DNA from: a bacterium
GTDB taxonomy: Bacteria; Electryoneota; Electryoneia; Electryoneales; Electryoneaceae
Direction: 5' to 3'
Length of the DNA stretch: 64,000 nt
Assembly: GCA_963669175.1 (NCBI GenBank)
Contig: OY769902.1
Location: forward strand, 512,001 to 576,000
Shown: positions 19,803 through 30,271 of the stretch, piece by piece
How the letters are laid out: the number at the start of each line of letters is the position of its first letter
Position numbering within the stretch: the stretch's first letter is position 1
Notes under the pieces: generated by a model
Told to the model about the DNA's origin: nothing
Databases searched by the model: none
The model's input: the letters and a program-made list of their open reading frames with translations, nothing else
Program-made: the position numbers and the translations under genes

Positions 19803-21020
19803 ATGCAATACTGTACACGCTGTGTCTACCCTGCGGTTGCTGCGACACCGTTGACCTTTGATGACAAGGGTGTCTGTTCCGGCTGCCGTGTCCATGCCCA
19901 GAAGGGTGAGATCGATTGGGAAGAACGCTGGGAGATGCTTGTTGATTTGGTGGAAGACTATACAACCGATGGCGACTACGACATCGTGATCCCGGTCAGC
20001 GGCGGCAAGGACAGCTACTACCAGGCGCATGTCGCCATTCACGAGTTGGGCCTCAAGCCCCTCTTGGTCACCTATCATGGCAACAACTACCTGCCGGAAG
20101 GCCAGCGCAATCTCGACCGTATGCGTGAGGTATTCGACGCCGACCATATCATCGTACGCCCAAGTACGGATGTCCTGATCAAAATGAACCGCATCGGCTT
20201 CAAGCTGATGGGCGACATGAACTGGCATGCCCACTGTGGCATTTTCACTGTCCCGATCCAGGTCGCCGCACGCTACCGTGTTCCGTTAATCCTTTGGGGT
20301 GAGCATGGTTTCCTTGACCTTGGCGGCATGTTCTCCATGTATGACTTCCCCGAGTTCACAGCCAAGCATCGTCTTGAGCACTCCTTGCGTGGCTATGACT
20401 GGTACGATTTTACCGATGAAGGACTGGAAAAACTGGGCCGCCCCGATCTGAAAGAAGGCTTGACCCGGAAAGACCTGCAATGGGCGATTTACCCGGACGA
20501 TGAAACCATCGACGAAGTCGGGGTACGTGGCATTTACCTGGGCAACTATGTCAACTGGGACGCCAACTCGCACTCGAAGCTGGTTGTGGAGAAATACGGT
20601 TGGGAGCCGGCACGGCAGCCGTTCGAACGCACCTACCGGACCTTCTCCAACCTGGATGACATGCACGAAAACGGTATCCACGATTACCTGAAGTTCATCA
20701 AGTTCGGCTATGGACGCGCTACCGACCACGCCTGCAAGGACTGCCGTAGCGGCGCGATGAGCCGTGAGGAAGGTGTCGAAAAGGTGCGTCAGTATGATTC
20801 CGTGAAACCACGCCGTGATCTTGAACGCTGGCTTGACTATGTGGGCATGACGGAAGCAGAATTCGACCGTATCTGTGATACTTTCCGTGATCCACGAGTC
20901 TGGTCCATCGAAGACGATCAATGGGTAAAGCAGAACATCTGGGGCGGCACATCGAGCTACGGCCCGGTGCATGCCATGCCGGAAGGACACGCCGGACGCA
21001 AACAGGCAGGACAGTCATGA
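19803..21020 (+). CDS. N-acetyl sugar amidotransferase (WbuX/PseA family)
   Basis: CTRC..C..C N-terminus, PP-loop SGGKDS, WGE, KFGYGRAT. Confidence 0.9.
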   Translation: MQYCTRCVYPAVAATPLTFDDKGVCSGCRVHAQKGEIDWEERWEMLVDLVEDYTTDGDYDIVIPVSGGKDSYYQAHVAIHELGLKPLLVTYHGNNYLPEGQRNLDRMREVFDADHIIVRPSTDVLIKMNRIGFKLMGDMNWHAHCGIFTVPIQVAARYRVPLILWGEHGFLDLGGMFSMYDFPEFTAKHRLEHSLRGYDWYDFTDEGLEKLGRPDLKEGLTRKDLQWAIYPDDETIDEVGVRGIYLGNYVNWDANSHSKLVVEKYGWEPARQPFERTYRTFSNLDDMHENGIHDYLKFIKFGYGRATDHACKDCRSGAMSREEGVEKVRQYDSVKPRRDLERWLDYVGMTEAEFDRICDTFRDPRVWSIEDDQWVKQNIWGGTSSYGPVHAMPEGHAGRKQAGQS

Positions 21021-22033
21021 GCGAAAAGACGATCAGGTTCAGTGAAGAGGATATCCGTCCGGAAAAATGGATGGACCGTCAGCGTGAAGCCTACAACCGT
21101 GACATGGCCTGGTTGTTGGAACGTGAAAATCGCTTTGTCCATGTTCCATGCCCCGCCTGCGCTGCGGATAACACGACAGAGAAGTACCTGAAGCATGGTT
21201 TTCATTACGTGGAATGCGCGAATTGCGGCACGCTATACACCAACCCGCGTCCGGATCAGGCCTTGCTGCACGAGTTCTATGCCCGCGCGGAAAATTACAA
21301 GTACTGGAACGATGTGATTTTCCCGGCTTCGGAAGAAGCGCGACGGGAAAGCATCTTCAAGCCACGCGCGGAGCGTACCGCCGAACTGTGCAAGCGTTAC
21401 GGTGTATCCGGCGGAACCATGCTGGAAGTCGGGGCCGGATTCGGCACATTTTGCGTGGAAATGAAGAAGCTGAACCTGTTCGACCGGATCTTTGCTGTAG
21501 AACCCACGCCTGACCTGGCGCAATCCTGCCGGGATCGTGGGCTGGAAGTCATCGAGTCCCCGATTGAAAAGGTGGACCTCGACCTCGGCGAAGTAGATGT
21601 CATTGCCAGCTATGAAACGATTGAGCACCTGTTCGATCCACGCGGGTTCATTGCCGATTGCGGGAAACGGTTACGTGCCAACGGCCTGCTGCTGTTGACC
21701 TGCCCGAATGGACGCGGGTTTGATGTGGCCACGCTTGGCGAACATTCCGGCACCATCGACGGAGAACACCTGAACTACTTCAACCCGGATTCACTGGCGC
21801 TGGCGGTGAATGAACTGGGCTTCGAAACATTGGAAGCGCTGACACCGGGACGATTGGACGCGGAACTGGTGCATAAAAAAATCCTGTCCGGCGAGTTCAT
21901 ACTTGAAAGACAACCGTTCCTGCAGGAAATTCTGGTAGATCGCTGGGAAGAACTGGGCGCAACCTTCCAGGATTTCCTCGCGGAAAACCGTTTGAGTTCG
22001 CATCTCTGGCTGGTAGCGAGGAAAATCGGATGA
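21017..22033 (+). CDS. Class I SAM methyltransferase with N-terminal Zn ribbon
   Basis: CPAC..CANC, LEVGAGFG, IEHL, HLNYF. Confidence 0.85.
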   Translation: MSEKTIRFSEEDIRPEKWMDRQREAYNRDMAWLLERENRFVHVPCPACAADNTTEKYLKHGFHYVECANCGTLYTNPRPDQALLHEFYARAENYKYWNDVIFPASEEARRESIFKPRAERTAELCKRYGVSGGTMLEVGAGFGTFCVEMKKLNLFDRIFAVEPTPDLAQSCRDRGLEVIESPIEKVDLDLGEVDVIASYETIEHLFDPRGFIADCGKRLRANGLLLLTCPNGRGFDVATLGEHSGTIDGEHLNYFNPDSLALAVNELGFETLEALTPGRLDAELVHKKILSGEFILERQPFLQEILVDRWEELGATFQDFLAENRLSSHLWLVARKIG

Positions 22034-23037
22034 GCATGTCCGAATTAAATAAGAGTGCCCTGATCATCGGTGGCGGGTCTATCGGCCTGCGTCATCAACG
22101 GCTGCTGGCTGAAGCTGGAGTAGAGACAACCGTTGTCGATCCGGACCCGAAGCGGTGCGAACTGGCGAAAAAGGCCGGGGCAATAGCATTCACGGTATTG
22201 GATGATGCTTTTTCGAGCGTCCCTTATACCTTGGCGCTGATCTGTACGCCGCCTTCGCTGCACATCGAGATGGCGTTGGCCTGTGCTGAATACGCCGAGA
22301 CCCTGTTCATCGAAAAACCGGTAGCGCATACTCACAGCGACTTGCGCCGCCTCCTGGATCGTTTTGGAAACAACGACAAGAAACTGCTGGTAGGTTACAA
22401 CCTCCGGTTTGAGCCGGGAGTTCGACGGGTAAAACGTGCGCTGGAACGTGGTGAAATCGGCGCTCCTTATTTCGTGCGTTCCGAGTTCGGCCAATACCTG
22501 CCCGACTGGCGACCGGGACGCGATTACCGTGAGGTCTACACCGCTCGTAAAAACCTGGGCGGAGGTATCCTGCTGGATGCCAGCCATGAGCTGGACCTGC
22601 TGCTCTGGCTGTTCGGACGTCCCTCCGGGGTGTTTGCCAGCCTGCGCAACATCGGCGAGCTTGAAGTCGATGTGGAGAGTTGTGTTGACCTGCACCTGAC
22701 CTTTCCCAAGGGGATTGAAGCGCAGGTGCATCTCGACTTTTTACAGGCCGGGTATCAACGGGTAACTCGCATAGTTGGACAAGAAGGCAGCGCGGAATGG
22801 GATTACGGCAAACGTCGTGTTTTGATCAACCGTAAGACTCGTGCGGAACGGATGAGCCTGGACCGCGATGTGGACGTCATGTACCGTGCCCAACGAGATG
22901 CTTTGTTGAAAGCGGCAGATGGTGAAACAACTATTGCCTGTACGTTGAAACAGGCCGCAGCGGTGCTCGATGTGATTGAAGCCGCACGCATATCCAGTGA
23001 AAACAAAACCTTCGAGACGATAACATGGTCGATTTGA
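22030..23037 (+). CDS. Gfo/Idh/MocA family oxidoreductase
   Basis: IIGGGSIG.RH, EKP, VGYNLRF, GQYLPDWRP, GGGILLD.SHE. Confidence 0.88.
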   Translation: MSMSELNKSALIIGGGSIGLRHQRLLAEAGVETTVVDPDPKRCELAKKAGAIAFTVLDDAFSSVPYTLALICTPPSLHIEMALACAEYAETLFIEKPVAHTHSDLRRLLDRFGNNDKKLLVGYNLRFEPGVRRVKRALERGEIGAPYFVRSEFGQYLPDWRPGRDYREVYTARKNLGGGILLDASHELDLLLWLFGRPSGVFASLRNIGELEVDVESCVDLHLTFPKGIEAQVHLDFLQAGYQRVTRIVGQEGSAEWDYGKRRVLINRKTRAERMSLDRDVDVMYRAQRDALLKAADGETTIACTLKQAAAVLDVIEAARISSENKTFETITWSI

Positions 23038-23771
23038 CAGGACAGACAGCGCTGGTAACCGCCGGGTCACGTGGGCTCGGGGCCGAGATCGTCCGTGAAC
23101 TGGCGCAGGCCGGAGCAGATGTGGCGTGCACCTATGTGCAGGATGAAGCCGCCGCGAATGGTGTCGTGAAAGAGGTTCAGGATCTGGGCCGAAAAGCAAT
23201 AGCTCTTCGTGCCGATGCGCGTGACTACAACCTTGCGCAAGAGGTTGCTGCAAAGGTGGAAGCCGAACTCGGACCGGTCAGCATTCTCGTATGCAATGCG
23301 GGCATCGCACGCTCCGCGCCAATCGCAAAAATGAGCGAGGAAGACTGGAACGCCGCAATGGATGTATCGCTCAAAGGCACATTCAACTATCTGCGTGCAG
23401 TAGCGCCGGGTATGCAGGCACGCAAGAACGGGAAAATTGTATGCGTCGGTTCGATTAACGGCCTTCGTGGACGCATGGGCAGCGCCAGTTACAACACCGC
23501 CAAGGCAGGCCTGGTGGGGCTGGTGAAAACTGCGGCGTCTGAACTGGGTACTGACGACATCAATGTCAACCTGATCGCGCCCGGATTTATTGAAACCCCG
23601 GGCCAGGAACGCACCCCCGAATTGATCCGTGACCTTGTCCGTAAAGAATGCGCGATCAAACGCCTCGGCACTCCGCAGGATATCGCACCGTTGGTTGTGT
23701 TCCTGGCGAGTCCGTTGGCACGGCATATCACCGGGCAGACCATCAAGGTAGACGCGGGGCAATACTTGTGA
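23025..23771 (+). CDS. Short-chain dehydrogenase/reductase (FabG-like)
   Basis: TAGSRGLG, NAG, YNTAK, VNLIAPG. Confidence 0.88.
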   Translation: MVDLTGQTALVTAGSRGLGAEIVRELAQAGADVACTYVQDEAAANGVVKEVQDLGRKAIALRADARDYNLAQEVAAKVEAELGPVSILVCNAGIARSAPIAKMSEEDWNAAMDVSLKGTFNYLRAVAPGMQARKNGKIVCVGSINGLRGRMGSASYNTAKAGLVGLVKTAASELGTDDINVNLIAPGFIETPGQERTPELIRDLVRKECAIKRLGTPQDIAPLVVFLASPLARHITGQTIKVDAGQYL

Positions 23772-24508
23772 GCCACCCGACCTGCACCGGGATCATACAG
23801 GCACGCATGGGCTCAAGCCGTTTGCCGGGAAAAATGACTGAACTCATCGGCGGTCATAGTTTGCTGGCGTGGGTGGTGCAGCGTGCCAAACAGGCAGAAC
23901 GTGTGGACAAATGGGTTGTAGCGACCACAGACCAGACATTAGATGATGTGCTGGCGGAGTTGGCGCTGGATTTGGGAGCGGAATGCATCCGTGGCCCGGA
24001 AGAGGATGTGCTGGCCAGGTTCAAGTTGGCGCTGGATGCGTTTCCGGGGGAACGTGTGGTGCGTTTGACCGGGGACAATCCCATGGTGGATGGCGCGTTG
24101 GTGGACCGTTGCCTTGAGCAGCTGGAAAAATCCGGCGCGGATATTGTGGATACGGCACGTGAAGGCCATTACCCGGTCGGGTTGTCGGTGGAGGTATTGC
24201 GAGCGGATGTACTCGAACGTGCGGCACATGAGGCGGTCAGTCCGGAGGAACGTGAGCATGTAACCCTGTTCGCGTACCTGCACCCGGAACGGTTCCGGCA
24301 TGTGAGCCTGCCGCGCGCAACAGATGATCATCATCTGCGGGTTACTGTAGACACGGAAGAAGATCTGGCGATGATGCGAAAACTGATAGAACGGTTCAAC
24401 CTGTCCTCGGATACGGATGGCGAAACGATGGTGGATCTGCTTCGGTCATCGCCCGATATCAACCAGATGAATGGTATGATTCAACAGGTGAAACCGAAAG
24501 TTAGTTAA
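23768..24508 (+). CDS. Cytidylyltransferase, SpsF/PseF-like
   Basis: QARMGSSRLPGK, DVLARF, RLTGDNP, REHVT, TVDT.ED; GTG start overlapping upstream stop. Confidence 0.85.
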   Translation: MSHPTCTGIIQARMGSSRLPGKMTELIGGHSLLAWVVQRAKQAERVDKWVVATTDQTLDDVLAELALDLGAECIRGPEEDVLARFKLALDAFPGERVVRLTGDNPMVDGALVDRCLEQLEKSGADIVDTAREGHYPVGLSVEVLRADVLERAAHEAVSPEEREHVTLFAYLHPERFRHVSLPRATDDHHLRVTVDTEEDLAMMRKLIERFNLSSDTDGETMVDLLRSSPDINQMNGMIQQVKPKVS

Positions 24509-24589
24509 TACTCCCATTATTATGAATCCATCATATTTTCATGTGCTGTATCACTGAAATATCAAATGTATAGCTGTAAAAGGGATATG

Positions 24590-25363
24590 GAAAAAGGGGA
24601 CTGCCTCCTTTCCCTGGGATAAAGCCTTCCCGCTGTGAATATGGTCCGGGAAAGGTGGCTGTACCTTTTTTCTTGAGTGCAGGCAGGGATTACACGGAAA
24701 AGGGGACAGCTTCCTTTTCCACAAGTTCAGTAAGAATGTTTCGTGTCAGAGCGAGGAAAAGGATTCCGTCCCCTTTTCCCGGCAATTATCACTATAACGG
24801 AACAAAATTGAGAACTGGTATAAGTTCTTCTAACAAAGATTTGAAATATTACACTAGATGAACATTCCGAACGTCATATAACTGAGACAATCAAATTTTT
24901 CACGAAGAGTTGAAACATCAAACAACTCTGAAGGAGTTTGATAGGTGAGCCCAGTGTACGTGCCGTCTGTTTGGCACGTATCCTGGGTAGGAATCACCCC
25001 TTTTTACAACCCCGAAGGGGTTACATAAGAGCTTGATAATAATAAGGATCGAACTCCTATTATGAGTCAGAACTATCCCGTCAGGTCACACGCATGAAAA
25101 ACGTGTGCGCAAGACCTGACGGAACTTAAAAAGGACTGGATTCTCTATATCATTTAGAATAGACCACCGCCGGACAGCCGCTTCCGCTTCGCTTCAGCGT
25201 GCTTCAAGCCGGCGGGACCAAATGGACACTCACATGGAATCTCGAGATCCCCGGTCAGGCTCGGGGATGACATAGAATGGAGACTAGCTTCGCACTTTCA
25301 AGCCTGCGGGGCAAAAAGAGTTGTGTCAGGTCTTGCCGCGCGAAGCAAGGTGTGACCTGACAC
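24590..25363. repeat. Mosaic spacer: family G, partial family E, family C hairpins, family D with insertion, family H
   Basis: gaaaaggggacagc / ttccgtccccttttc; caaccccgaaggggtt; gtcaggtc..gacctgac at 25079 and 25320; gatccccggtcaggctcggggatgaca. Confidence 0.85.
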
Positions 25364-25428
25364 GATTGAAGAAAACCAGGTAGAGTTAAAGAAAACTGGG
25401 TAGAGCAGCAACAAGGCAGGGAGAGAAC

Positions 25429-26463
25429 ATGTTTCATCCATTGGCTTCCAACCCGGACGGCAAACGTCACTACGGCAAGGCGATCAATCTGGGTTCGCTG
25501 AAACAGCGGGTGTTGAGCGATGTCAGCGCCGGGGTGGAAACCATCCAAAACGAAGCCGCACAATTCCGTGCCAAGGCCACCGTGAAACAGGATACCTGCC
25601 CGCTCTGCCATTCCACCAATGCCCGCCCCTATATCGAGGTGCATGGGTATCCTTATTACCGCTGCCCTGAATGTGAACTGGTATTCCTGTACGAACGCCT
25701 GAGCGCAACCGACCTGATCGACTACTGGGCACAATCCTTTTCCGCATCCATCTACAACGACATGGAACGCTGGGAATTGCGTCGCGAACAGGTGGAACGT
25801 CCGAAGTACGCCTTCTTCAAGCAGGTCTGGCAGGGGCAGCCGGGCAAATGGCTGGATCTGGGGTGTGGGGCCGGACAATTGATGTCGCTGGCAAAGGCGG
25901 AAGGTTGGGATGTGCTGGGGCTGGAACTGGCGCCGGATCTGGTGGAACTGGTGGAAGGACTTGGAATGCCGGTTCACCTTGCGGACCTGTTCGGCTATTT
26001 GAAACGTGATGATGCCTGCCGTGAATGGGATGTTATTTCCGCCATCGGCTATCTTGACGCCATTGACGATGTTCACACCGATGTGAAAACCGTATCCGAA
26101 CTGCTCAAGCCAGGCGGCCTCTATTTCACCCTCAGCCCGCACTATCCGTCATTGAGTATGACACTCGCGGAAAAACGGCCTGATTCAGTGTTCCGGTACA
26201 TCTGCCCACCGGGATCAACCAACTTTTTCAGCAGACGCAGCTATCAATACATGGAAGAAACCTTCAACCTGCGAGTCGTCCACGAGTGGTACATGGGCAT
26301 GGAGGTGTACGACCTGCTGAACCACCTTGCACATGCCGGGCGTGCTGTGCCGGGTGACGAGCATTACCGTGCGGTCTGGGACGCCATGCCCGCCATGCAG
26401 CTCGCACTGGACAAGCTCGAAATGAGTGATTACGCCCATGTCATTTTCCGGAAGGAGAAATGA
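25429..26463 (+). CDS. Class I SAM methyltransferase with Zn ribbon
   Basis: CPLC..CPEC, WLDLGCGAG, LKPGG. Confidence 0.82.
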   Translation: MFHPLASNPDGKRHYGKAINLGSLKQRVLSDVSAGVETIQNEAAQFRAKATVKQDTCPLCHSTNARPYIEVHGYPYYRCPECELVFLYERLSATDLIDYWAQSFSASIYNDMERWELRREQVERPKYAFFKQVWQGQPGKWLDLGCGAGQLMSLAKAEGWDVLGLELAPDLVELVEGLGMPVHLADLFGYLKRDDACREWDVISAIGYLDAIDDVHTDVKTVSELLKPGGLYFTLSPHYPSLSMTLAEKRPDSVFRYICPPGSTNFFSRRSYQYMEETFNLRVVHEWYMGMEVYDLLNHLAHAGRAVPGDEHYRAVWDAMPAMQLALDKLEMSDYAHVIFRKEK

Positions 26464-26466
26464 CCC

Positions 26467-27705
26467 ATGACTGATCAAGACAACGTCAAGATGCTGTTTG
26501 TGACCGGAATGTTCCGTTCCGGCACAACCCTGTTGACAAGGGTACTGGACGCCCACGCCAACATCACTGTGGGTGCGGACCTCTTCCTGCCCTTGTTCAA
26601 AGCCTTTCGCAATGCGGTGCAGCAGGATCTCAACCCGGCCCACTCACTTGAAGATGATGCGCCCCTGGATGATTATCATTTCCGGGGTGACAGCATTACC
26701 CTGTTTCAACGGTTGCAACAGGCTGATTTAAGTCGTCCGGTTGGCAAGCTGAACCTGCCGTTGTTGCGTGAACGGCTGGTCCACTATTCCGAGGCATTTG
26801 CTCCGAAAGTAGTGCCCTATCTCGCCAACCTCGAGGGTGATACTTACTTCGACCTGTTGAACCATGCATGGCAGGGATTGCAGCGTGGTATGGGCAAGGA
26901 AACCGTGATTCACGCAGGCTTCAAGGCGACCTGGTCCAGCGAGTTCACCCCGCATATCCTGAACGCTTTTCCTGATGCGCATGTGATCCAGATTGTACGT
27001 GACCCGCGCGCTACGGCAGCATCTTCCAACGTCCGCGAGACGGACAAATACCCCCTGATCTTCCTGGCCCGGCAGTGGCGGAAACTGGCGAACCTGGCCT
27101 GGTTGTACGGTGGTGAAGACTCGCCGAAACGTGATCCACGCGTGTTGTTGATCCAGTTTGAGGATCTGGTGCAGAATGAACGTGACGTTTCTGAACGAAT
27201 TTGTGAATTCCTGGATGTTCCCTTTGACCCGGCGATGGTGAAAGCGGATGAGTTCCGTGACGGTGACGGCAAACCCTGGGTACAAAACACCAGTTACACG
27301 GAAGCGAAAAAGGGCTTCAATACGGCTGTCATCGACAAGTGGCGCAAGGTGCTGGAACCCGCGCATGTGCGTTTTATCGAACAGCTTGCCCAGCTTGAAA
27401 TGAAACGATTCGGCTATAAACCTGAATTCGCAACGGAGCCGGGTTTTGAAGCGGACGACATCCTGAAACCGCCTGTCCTGGGGAAAGAGCTGCTGGCGGA
27501 CTGGATTCAGCCGTATTCCCTGACGGAACGTGATGATGTGATTGGTGAAATGGCGCTGGAGGAGTGGCGGTATCGTTTGATCTCGCAACGAGAACCGGTG
27601 CCCGACACGGTTAAGCAGGCGGTGACGCTGGATGAAGCTGTCTATGCTATGCTGGGAGCTGCGGGAAAGAAAAACTCCCGACTCGAAATCGGCTTCACTG
27701 TTTGA
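26467..27705 (+). CDS. Sulfotransferase
   Basis: GMFRSGTTLL PAPS loop, IVRDPRA, FEDLV. Confidence 0.88.
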   Translation: MTDQDNVKMLFVTGMFRSGTTLLTRVLDAHANITVGADLFLPLFKAFRNAVQQDLNPAHSLEDDAPLDDYHFRGDSITLFQRLQQADLSRPVGKLNLPLLRERLVHYSEAFAPKVVPYLANLEGDTYFDLLNHAWQGLQRGMGKETVIHAGFKATWSSEFTPHILNAFPDAHVIQIVRDPRATAASSNVRETDKYPLIFLARQWRKLANLAWLYGGEDSPKRDPRVLLIQFEDLVQNERDVSERICEFLDVPFDPAMVKADEFRDGDGKPWVQNTSYTEAKKGFNTAVIDKWRKVLEPAHVRFIEQLAQLEMKRFGYKPEFATEPGFEADDILKPPVLGKELLADWIQPYSLTERDDVIGEMALEEWRYRLISQREPVPDTVKQAVTLDEAVYAMLGAAGKKNSRLEIGFTV

Positions 27706-27709
27706 ACAA

Positions 27710-27983
27710 GACTCACAGGATCACTTTGACTCACAGGATATTAGGATGATAGGATATAAAGGATAACTACTTATTAAACGTAAAGAACTAATGGGATAAT
27801 AACTGTTTGTATTTACAGGATGGGTAGGATACTAAGGATAGCAAGGATAAAACCTTTTTGAACATTGATTAAAAACTTCTTTGATTTTGTATTACCAAAA
27901 TGTTGTATTTTCATCCTTCAGTTATCCTATTATCCTAATATCCTGTTAAGCTTTCTTTGCGCCTTTGCGTCTTTGCGTGAAAC
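27710..27983. repeat. Family A inverted pair + family B
   Basis: acaggatattaggatgataggat near 27733 versus atcctattatcctaatatcctgt near 27924-27946. Confidence 0.88.
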
Positions 27984-28011
27984 AAGTCGTTTGATTCTTC
28001 ATGAGGGAGTT

Positions 28012-29358
28012 ATGCCGAAGAACCGCATGATAGAAGAGCTGAAACAGTTGCATCCCCTGCGTTGGGCGCCGGTATCACCGGAGACCGATAAGGGCGTTGA
28101 GCTGCTGAAAACGATGCTCGATTTCGAGGTGTTTGAATACGCATCCGGGGCTGAGGTCAACGGTTGGGTTGTCCCTCAAAGCTGGTACCCGGTCAAGGCC
28201 GAAATCCGTAAGGATGGCGAGCTCATCTATGACGGCATGCGGCACCCCTTGGGCGTGATTGGCTATTCCTCCAGTTTCCAGGGCAAGGTCAGCCTCGAAG
28301 AACTCAAGCAGCATCTGTTTTCCCGTCCTGCACGTCCCAATGCGCTGGTCTATCATTTCCGTCTCTATTACCGTAACGCCTGGGACAGCAACTGGGGTTT
28401 CTCCATGCCCTGGAACCAGGTGCAGACTTTGCCCGAAGGCGAGTACGAGGTCGACCTGCAGACAGTCCACGAACCCGGCACCATGAAAGTCCTCGAAGCC
28501 ACACTGCCCGGCGAAACCACCGACACCATCGCCCTGACCGCGCATAACTGCCACGCCGCACAATCCAATGATGACCTGGTCGGGGTGGTCGCAGGTATGG
28601 AGATCATGCGACACCTGGCCGAGCTGCCCAAGCGACGTTACACGTACCGTCTGATCATCGGTGCGGAACATTTCGGGCCGGTATTTTACCTGGCGAATCG
28701 AGACAGGAACGTGCTGGATACTTTCCGTGGCAACATCTTCCTCGAAGTCCTGGGGCATCAGAACCGTCTCGCCCTACAACGCAGTTTCAATGGCGATACG
28801 ATCCTTGACCGGGCTGCGGAACATGTCCTGAAACATCGTGACCCGCGTGCCTATGTAGGCGATTTCCGTAAAGTGATCGGCAATGACGAGGTGGCCTGGG
28901 AAGCGCCCGGTTACGAGATCCCGACCATCCTGTTAACCCGTGCCGAACCGATGCCCCTGACCAGTGAAGGCGTGCTCCATTTCCCGGAATACCATACCTC
29001 CATGGACAATCCAGACATCATCCAACCGGAGATGCTGGAGGATGCAGTCGAGGCTACACTTGCTATTCTTGACGTGCTCGAGACCAATACGGCGATGGAG
29101 CGCAAGTTTGACGGACTGGTCGCTTTATCCAACCCGACATACGACCTGTATATCAACACGCTGGACGCCTCCAAAGGGGAAGCTCTGCCGGAAGTGCAGT
29201 TCGAATGGTTCAACCTGATGGATCGTCTGCCACGCTATCTGGACGGCTCCATGACCATTCTCGATATCGCCCTGAAACACGATCTGCCCTATGATCAGGT
29301 GAAAGAATATATCCTTCGATGGGAGGAGAAAAAGCTGCTTCAAAGAATTAAGAATTAA
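28012..29358 (+). CDS. DUF4910-like aminopeptidase-fold polysaccharide biosynthesis protein
   Basis: GWVVP, YY...WGF, AHNCH, ND..VG, NDE, PEYHTS.D, C-terminal DG..TILDIA; gggag SD. Confidence 0.8.
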   Translation: MPKNRMIEELKQLHPLRWAPVSPETDKGVELLKTMLDFEVFEYASGAEVNGWVVPQSWYPVKAEIRKDGELIYDGMRHPLGVIGYSSSFQGKVSLEELKQHLFSRPARPNALVYHFRLYYRNAWDSNWGFSMPWNQVQTLPEGEYEVDLQTVHEPGTMKVLEATLPGETTDTIALTAHNCHAAQSNDDLVGVVAGMEIMRHLAELPKRRYTYRLIIGAEHFGPVFYLANRDRNVLDTFRGNIFLEVLGHQNRLALQRSFNGDTILDRAAEHVLKHRDPRAYVGDFRKVIGNDEVAWEAPGYEIPTILLTRAEPMPLTSEGVLHFPEYHTSMDNPDIIQPEMLEDAVEATLAILDVLETNTAMERKFDGLVALSNPTYDLYINTLDASKGEALPEVQFEWFNLMDRLPRYLDGSMTILDIALKHDLPYDQVKEYILRWEEKKLLQRIKN

Positions 29359-29372
29359 AAATTAAGAATTAA
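29343..29372 (+). repeat. Heptamer run (aagaatt)x4 overlapping the DUF4910 stop codon
   Basis: aagaattaagaattaaaaattaagaattaa; related reverse run taattcc at 54880-54941. Confidence 0.75.
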
Positions 29373-29532
29373 TGGTTCACTGGTTTGAATCCTCTGTTTG
29401 TCAAGTTTGAGTCAGCCTGACTGGAGTTGTAGGACGAGGCGTATTGCACAGACCGTTTGGCCCGACTGCTTGCTGTCGGGTTTCGAGTCTTTCACTTTTT
29501 TTCACTGTCTACTTTTTTCACTTTTTTCTTTG

Positions 29533-29569
29533 AACAAACAAAAATCCCCACATGAATCCATGCAGGGAT
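29533..29569 (-). terminator. Probable intrinsic terminator of the 29958-29593 gene
   Basis: Minus strand atccctgcatg-gatt-catgtggggat followed by a U-rich tail. Confidence 0.6.
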
Positions 29570-29592
29570 GAAAAATCTATTGTAATCAGCAA

Positions 29593-29958
29593 CTACCTGA
29601 GTCCACGCCGCTGACGTTGACGTTGCTGACGTTCACGCTCCCCCAGCACAATCTGCACACGTGTTTCACCACGCGCTTCAACGAACAAAGCAGTGCGTGT
29701 GCTTCCCACGCCACGGCTGCGTACGCTCAACAGGGCGCGTCCCTCATACTGCGCCAGATCGAAGGAGAAGAGACCACGCTCGCTGGTACGTGCCTGTACA
29801 GTACGAACTCCCGCATTTGTCATGACGTTTATCTGTACCACAGCTCCGGCAATGCCAGTCCCACGAGCATCCACAACCTGCCCGACAACTTCCCCGGCTA
29901 CAGCGCCCGCAACCAGTACCCCGATCAGCGCCGCTACAAACATCAGCTTTTTAACCAT
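29593..29958 (-). CDS. Small secreted protein, carboxypeptidase regulatory-like (transthyretin-like) domain
   Basis: Signal peptide MVKKLMFVAALIGVLVAGAVA; GQVVD..G..IAGA.V; RT...G.F; basic RQ tail. Confidence 0.7.
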   Translation of the reverse strand: MVKKLMFVAALIGVLVAGAVAGEVVGQVVDARGTGIAGAVVQINVMTNAGVRTVQARTSERGLFSFDLAQYEGRALLSVRSRGVGSTRTALFVEARGETRVQIVLGERERQQRQRQRRGLR

Positions 29959-30271
29959 TTTCACTCCCCGGTTCGCGTTGTTGACCACTTTTAAATAGTA
30001 GTGCGAAATACTTCAAAAAACAATATTATCCTTTCAGTAATTCTCTGTTTCACTGTAGGATAGATGTGACTCGGTCACAAGTTTTTTGAAGAGGATTCTG
30101 TCTTGTTGGGCAACCACTGCGTGGTTGAAAAGAGGTATCCGATTCTCTCACAGGGGCGTGCCAAACTGACGACCCGACCCTGTGCTGTGTTCGGTAGTCC
30201 CTGCGGGATTATGACAGCTCGTGTGGCCCGACTGCTTGCTGTCGGGTTTCGAGTCTTTCACTTTTTGGTTC

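Noticed and set aside
460-29500. Integron cassette array (genes separated by palindromic repeats)
   Set aside because: The spacers lack consistent RYYYAAC/GTTRRRY attC ends, many genes are translationally coupled, and no integrase is present
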